Shown one piece after another: positions 59,695-64,000 of a stretch of 64,000 nucleotides of DNA. Within the stretch, counting starts at the first letter, position 1, and every line of letters starts with the position of its first letter. A model generated the notes under the pieces. The model was not told where the DNA came from and searched no databases. It was given only the letters and a program-made list of their open reading frames with translations. The DNA comes from a virus (taxonomy: Duplodnaviria; Caudoviricetes), in the IMG/VR virus record IMGVR_UViG_3300036778_000017, positions 1-64,000 of that record. One strand, 5' to 3'. A program made the position numbers and the translations under genes.

Positions 59695-60168
59695 TCAGAC
59701 CTCCTCGAGATCGAGCGACCAGCTGACGGCAGCCCCATACTCGTCTTCATCAATGTTCCACGATATCACATTCATGATCAGTCGTGGCCGATAGTACACG
59801 TGCGCACCCTCATCGAACTCCGATCCAGGAACGACAGTGCGGCCGGGCGTCGCACCGTCGCTCCTGGATAGCCGAGCGATGCAGTCAACACTGACCTGCA
59901 TGCCGGGATAGACACCATCGAAGTTCGGCGGTGCCTGATCGTCCCCAGTGATCGTAGACTTGTACTTGCGAAATCCTGCGAACGAGATATCCTTCAGCGT
60001 GCCGTCCACCATGCGCTTCGGCTGCGACGCCTGATCGATGAGCGTGAGAGTCTGCTTCAGGCCACGCGCCGAGTATGGATTGACGCCCATGCCCACGATG
60101 CGGAGCAGCGTGTGAGCATTGGGCGCGGTCGGATCGTATACCGACGGATCTAGCGATGGATCGGACAC
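59695..60168 (-). CDS. Distal tail-like protein
   Basis: Immediately after the tape measure gene; RMVDGTLKDIS motif. Confidence 0.55.
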   Translation of the reverse strand: MSDPSLDPSVYDPTAPNAHTLLRIVGMGVNPYSARGLKQTLTLIDQASQPKRMVDGTLKDISFAGFRKYKSTITGDDQAPPNFDGVYPGMQVSVDCIARLSRSDGATPGRTVVPGSEFDEGAHVYYRPRLIMNVISWNIDEDEYGAAVSWSLDLEEV

Positions 60169-60169
60169 G

Positions 60170-62719
60170 TCAGTTTCTCCTGTTGCCGACCCACGAGGGC
60201 TTGCGCCCTGCGGATCGGTTCTGCTTCGCTACCGCGTACTTCGTCAGCTTGTTCCCGACGTCCTCCGGCATCAGCAGTCCCTCGAACGTGTCGTTTCCGA
60301 TCGTGAGGTTCAGCGCCCGCAGGCCCGCGCTTCCGCTGACGGCACCACCCCCGGCGAAGGCGACGCGAGGAGCGGGGGCCACGAACCCTCCGCCGAAGCT
60401 GAACCCGCGAATGTCGAGAAGACCTCTGTTGACCGCGTGCATGAAGCCCAGCCCGTACTTCTTCACTGCTCGAGCGCGCATGACCCACTCGCCGTCGGAC
60501 AACCACGCCGGGATCTTGTCTCCGGTCGGACCACCCGGGCCGCGAATGTGTCCGCCCTCCGCAGCGAACGTGGCTGACTGACCGACAGTGCCGCCTCCGC
60601 CGGAGCCGCTGTCGCTTCCGAAGAACGCACCGATCGCCTTGATCGCGTCTAGCACCGGCTGCAGAACGCTGAGAACAGAGTTGACGAACTTGGTGGTGGC
60701 GTCCTTCGCAGCGTTCCACGCGTCCGTGAACGCCTGAATGACGGAGTTCTTGATGTTATCCCAGACAGACTGGAGCGTGGCGGGAAGCGCCTGAAAGAAC
60801 GTGACCACGGCGTTCCACGCGTCGATCACGCCCTGCGCGATGGCACCGACGCTCGACGTGATGAAAGTCCATGCCTGACCGATCAGCGTCTGGATGCCGG
60901 TGCTCAGGTTCTGGAAGAACGTCAGCACGCCGTTCCACGCTGCCACGACGAGAGCCGCCGCAGCGGAGGCCGCGCTCTGGATGCCATCCCACGCGGCGCT
61001 CAGCACGTCCCCGATGTTCGTGGCCAGCGTCTTGAAGAAGTCGACAGTGGCGTTCCACGCATCGATGACGGCCTGCGTTGCGGCCTGATTGGTCGCGGAG
61101 ATCAGCTGCCACGCTGCCACGAAGAATGCGACGACGGCGGCCGTCACGATCTTCGCGTTGTTGAGGAAGTTGGTGAAGAACGCGATGACGTCAGTGATCG
61201 CCTGCGAGGCCGCAGCTGCGAACGCCTTCCAGTCGATGTTCTTGATGATGAAGAACAGTGCCACGCCCAGCGCAGCCACTGCGATCGCAGCCGCGCCGAA
61301 CGAGACCCCGAGCGTGGTCGCGACGATCTCCGTGAGCGTCACGAGCAGAGGGATGCCGGACTTGAGGATGCTGAAGAAGGTCTTGAAGGCACCACCAGCC
61401 GTGGACACTGACACGCCGAACTTGATGACCTGAGCAGACAACTTGCCACCGCCGAGCAGCGTGCTGACAATAGTGATCGCCTCGCCGAGCACGCCGAAGG
61501 ACGCCTTGCCGACAGCACCGAAAAGGCGGAGCAGCGTGGTCAGCAGACGGATGGAGCCAGTCACCTGAGCCAGAAGTGCTATGATGATGATCGAGCCAGC
61601 CGTCAGCTGAGTCCCGAACACGGCATTGATCGTGGAGGCGAGCCCGTTGAAGAACCCGATGACCTTCGTGATGGCTGGGACGAGCGTGTTGTTGAAGAAG
61701 TCGATGACGCTCGGAGCCGCCGCGATGATGCCGTCGAACACGGCCGCAGCTGCCTTGCCGATGTTCGTAAGGAACAGCTGAAGCTGAGGACCGTTGTTCG
61801 CGATCAGCTGCTGGATCTTGTTCGACGCGTCAACGAAGAACTTGTTGATGGCTCCGAGATTGGCTCCGATGACGGAGTTGATCTGGTCCACGAGACCAGC
61901 CAGTGCCGGTCCGAAGTTCTGTATGAACGACTGCTTGATCTGATTGACGGTGTTGCCGAAGTTCAGCAGCGACGTCAGGAGCGGACCACCAAGCGTATCG
62001 ATCAGCTGATTGAACGCCTCGCGGTCCTTCAGTGACTTCTGCAGATCGTCATTCGCCTTCTTCACAGCCTCCTGCGCGGCGGCCGTCTGCGCAGCCGTCC
62101 TCTGCTGCTCGTCGAAGTCCTTGTTCAGCTGCTGAAGAGCCTGGAAGTACTGGACCCACGTGATCTTCCCGGCGAGCGCGTCCTGCTGAAGCTTCCGCTG
62201 AGCCGCGTCGAGATTGATGTACGCCTGCTGCTGAGTGAGTGACGCGTTGTTCGCGTCGATCTGAGCCTGCGTCTGCTTCTGCAGAGCATCGCTGGTGCCG
62301 TTGACGGTGTTGGCCACCTTGCTCGCAGCGAGCGCCAGACCGACGCCTGCGGCCGCAGCGCCAGCTGTCGCGGTCGCCAGACGCTGCGTGAAGCGTCCGA
62401 CGGCCTGCACCAGCTGGGGGAACTTGTCCGTGACGCCCTGAATAGACTTCTGCAGACTGCCCAGCTGATCGTTGAACTGCTGAAGCTTGGACGCACCGGC
62501 CGCCTGATTGACCTGAGCGACACCAGTCGCGGCCTTCTGGCTCGAAGTTGCGATCTGGTTGGCAGACTTCGAGATGTCATTGGAGGCCCGAGTGACGCTC
62601 TGGTCAAGCTTGTCGAACGCCGCGGAGCTCTTGTCCGCGAACGACTGGACCTGAGCCGTCGCCTCTTCACCGCCGGTGACGGTGATCTGGGATACTAGGT
62701 CCTGGTCATCAGTTGCCAT
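60170..62719 (-). CDS. Tape measure protein
   Basis: 849 aa, Ala/Gln-rich helical, periodic AWNxxxxFF repeats, GPGGPTGDKIPAWLSDGEWV C-terminal motif. Confidence 0.9.
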   Translation of the reverse strand: MATDDQDLVSQITVTGGEEATAQVQSFADKSSAAFDKLDQSVTRASNDISKSANQIATSSQKAATGVAQVNQAAGASKLQQFNDQLGSLQKSIQGVTDKFPQLVQAVGRFTQRLATATAGAAAAGVGLALAASKVANTVNGTSDALQKQTQAQIDANNASLTQQQAYINLDAAQRKLQQDALAGKITWVQYFQALQQLNKDFDEQQRTAAQTAAAQEAVKKANDDLQKSLKDREAFNQLIDTLGGPLLTSLLNFGNTVNQIKQSFIQNFGPALAGLVDQINSVIGANLGAINKFFVDASNKIQQLIANNGPQLQLFLTNIGKAAAAVFDGIIAAAPSVIDFFNNTLVPAITKVIGFFNGLASTINAVFGTQLTAGSIIIIALLAQVTGSIRLLTTLLRLFGAVGKASFGVLGEAITIVSTLLGGGKLSAQVIKFGVSVSTAGGAFKTFFSILKSGIPLLVTLTEIVATTLGVSFGAAAIAVAALGVALFFIIKNIDWKAFAAAASQAITDVIAFFTNFLNNAKIVTAAVVAFFVAAWQLISATNQAATQAVIDAWNATVDFFKTLATNIGDVLSAAWDGIQSAASAAAALVVAAWNGVLTFFQNLSTGIQTLIGQAWTFITSSVGAIAQGVIDAWNAVVTFFQALPATLQSVWDNIKNSVIQAFTDAWNAAKDATTKFVNSVLSVLQPVLDAIKAIGAFFGSDSGSGGGGTVGQSATFAAEGGHIRGPGGPTGDKIPAWLSDGEWVMRARAVKKYGLGFMHAVNRGLLDIRGFSFGGGFVAPAPRVAFAGGGAVSGSAGLRALNLTIGNDTFEGLLMPEDVGNKLTKYAVAKQNRSAGRKPSWVGNRRN

Positions 62720-63272
62720 TTGTCATCGCCTGCTTATAGAACGCGCCCATGCTTCGGGCAATCGTCTTGATGATGTCTCGAAGATGCCACTTCTGCGGGA
62801 TGCGAACCTGCGCCTTTCCGAAGTACTGAGGTCCGTCCTTCGAGAGGAGCAGTGGTGCACCACCACTCTTGCGATCGACCCTGAAGAGAGGCTGACCGAA
62901 GTCCCGCGCGCGAACGTGCAGGACATCTGCTCGGCTGTTCTTGAGAGGGATCCAGAGAAGCGGCTTGCCGTGAATGATCGCGCCAAACTCGAACACTCGC
63001 CAGTAGGACACTGCGTGCGTAGCCCTGATACGAAGATCCGTCCGCGACTGAAACGACACGAGGGCCTGGAAGCCCTCCTGCCATCGCTCACTGCCGAAGT
63101 TTCCCCCGGCCTTGATGTTCGCGCGACCCTGCGACTCGATCTCGTCCTTGGCCGCCTGAGCAGCTGCCTGAATGGCCGCCACCTGACGCTCCGAGAAGTT
63201 CTTGGCACGAACCCGAAGCTTCGGGCCAAGCTGATCGACACCGTCCATCTTGAATGTGAGACTACCTGCCAT
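62709..63272 (-). CDS. Neck/tail completion protein (HK97 gp10-like)
   Basis: RVFEFGAIIHGKPLLWIP; position. Confidence 0.5.
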   Translation of the reverse strand: MAGSLTFKMDGVDQLGPKLRVRAKNFSERQVAAIQAAAQAAKDEIESQGRANIKAGGNFGSERWQEGFQALVSFQSRTDLRIRATHAVSYWRVFEFGAIIHGKPLLWIPLKNSRADVLHVRARDFGQPLFRVDRKSGGAPLLLSKDGPQYFGKAQVRIPQKWHLRDIIKTIARSMGAFYKQAMTNGN

Positions 63273-63495
63273 TGTCCGACAGCTTCTTTCTAAACTCCGT
63301 GTATCCGCGCTTGTCAGCGTGCTGAGCAGCGCGATACAGATCCATCACTCGCGCGTCTCGATCCAACTCCTCGCGGGATATCAGTTCGAGCCACCCGCTG
63401 AGTTGTCGAGGAGTACTGTTCCAGCAGTCTTCCTCTAGCCTTCCGGCGGCGACACACCGTTGGATTGCCCGGGCGATATCGTACCCGGAGCCCAT
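63262..63495 (-). CDS. Tail assembly chaperone second frame (gpT-like)
   Basis: WNSTPRQLSGWL motif; overlaps the chaperone gene in the -1 frame. Confidence 0.55.
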   Translation of the reverse strand: MGSGYDIARAIQRCVAAGRLEEDCWNSTPRQLSGWLELISREELDRDARVMDLYRAAQHADKRGYTEFRKKLSDNGR

Positions 63496-63902
63496 CCACG
63501 CCCGCCTGTGGACTGGCCGATTAGACCTTGGACTCCTTCGCGAAAACGATCGAGACCTCTCGGAAACGTGAGCTCGATCATCTTCATCATCACGTCGAAC
63601 TGCTCGCCGATGACGAGATTGCTCGCCGCCTCCGCGTGCTTCGCGAGATCGTCAGCATCGTTTACATTCGCCCCCGTGGCGGCCGCGAGGATCAGCCCTG
63701 CGGCCTCCGGGAACTTCTCCACGAGCGTCATCGCCATGTTCGCGTCCGTGAGATTTCCAGTGAGCAGCATCCTGATCTCTGGAAACGTCAGTAGAACCTT
63801 GGCGATGGCCTTCGAGGACAGACCATTCACCGCCAGCTGCTCGCCACGGATCTCTACCGTGCCCTTCGCAGCTGCCGGAGCGATATCAATCAGACTAACC
63901 AT
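63435..63902 (-). CDS. Tail assembly chaperone (gpG-like)
   Basis: Between the putative major tail gene and the tape measure gene. Confidence 0.65.
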   Translation of the reverse strand: MVSLIDIAPAAAKGTVEIRGEQLAVNGLSSKAIAKVLLTFPEIRMLLTGNLTDANMAMTLVEKFPEAAGLILAAATGANVNDADDLAKHAEAASNLVIGEQFDVMMKMIELTFPRGLDRFREGVQGLIGQSTGGRGWAPGTISPGQSNGVSPPEG

Positions 63903-63924
63903 GTTACTTCCCTTCTACCCGTCA

Positions 63925-63952
63925 GAGAAACTCGTGTCCCTTAGGACACGAG
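63925..63952 (-). terminator. Intrinsic terminator after the putative major tail gene
   Basis: CTCGTGTCC-TAAG-GGACACGAG-TTTCTC. Confidence 0.7.
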
Positions 63953-64000
63953 CGTTACGTTGGTGAACTGAGCGACGCCGAACTTCCCGGCATTGGGCCC
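63941..64000 (-). CDS. 3' end of the probable major tail protein gene (truncated)
   Basis: ...GPNAGKFGVAQFTNVTLVS-stop; called from position before the chaperone only. Confidence 0.4.
   Translation of the reverse strand, partial: GPNAGKFGVAQFTNVTLVS

Noticed and set aside
60700-61200. Periodic repeats in the tape measure gene
   Set aside because: Ordinary Trp/Phe-spaced helical repeats of tape measure proteins.
33-63966. Many long antisense or alternate-frame ORFs in the track (for example 5162-6382+, 2175-3272+, 37578-38894+, 57703-58863+)
   Set aside because: They shadow well-supported genes on the other strand, lack motifs and RBSs, and are expected at this GC content.
1-64000. CRISPR arrays, tRNA/rRNA genes, IS elements, integrase/att sites, introns/inteins, terminal repeats
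   Set aside because: None was recognised by reading; a tRNAscan/Infernal run would be needed to exclude atypical RNAs.

Overview
The whole window reads as most of one lytic tailed-phage genome (long non-contractile tail type, roughly 60-65% GC by spot counts). The host is probably an alphaproteobacterium, judged from the XRE regulator family and the GH108 lysis cassette. It is circularly permuted: it starts inside a glycosyltransferase of the head module and ends in the last codons of a probable major tail gene, so the protease, capsid and neck genes lie outside. Layout: head/packaging genes (1-10840, minus); an RfaH/NusG-like gene; a short plus-strand block ending in a VRR-NUC-like nuclease; many small early genes (14.5-27 kb); PolA; a base-modification and nucleotide-pool cluster (30.3-38.9 kb); replication genes (DEDD exonuclease, UvrD-like helicase, HAD, Nudix, primase, SSB-like, SNF2-like helicase); lysis genes; tail genes. 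Best leads: (1) a phage RfaH-like antiterminator followed by a perfect ops element (GGCGGTAGCGTG) 42 nt before the first late gene; (2) a 5-hydroxymethyl-dU pathway with a T4 beta-glucosyltransferase-like enzyme and a SAM methyltransferase but no recognisable amino-acid:DNA transferase, predicting a glycosylated, possibly methylated, thymidine substitute; (3) a portal protein fused to an Acb1-like anti-CBASS 2H phosphoesterase; (4) three glycosyltransferases plus a methyltransferase inside the head operon, a candidate virion glycosylation system; (5) TC/GA-poor intergenic islands with shared motifs. All family assignments come from motif recognition by eye, not database searches.
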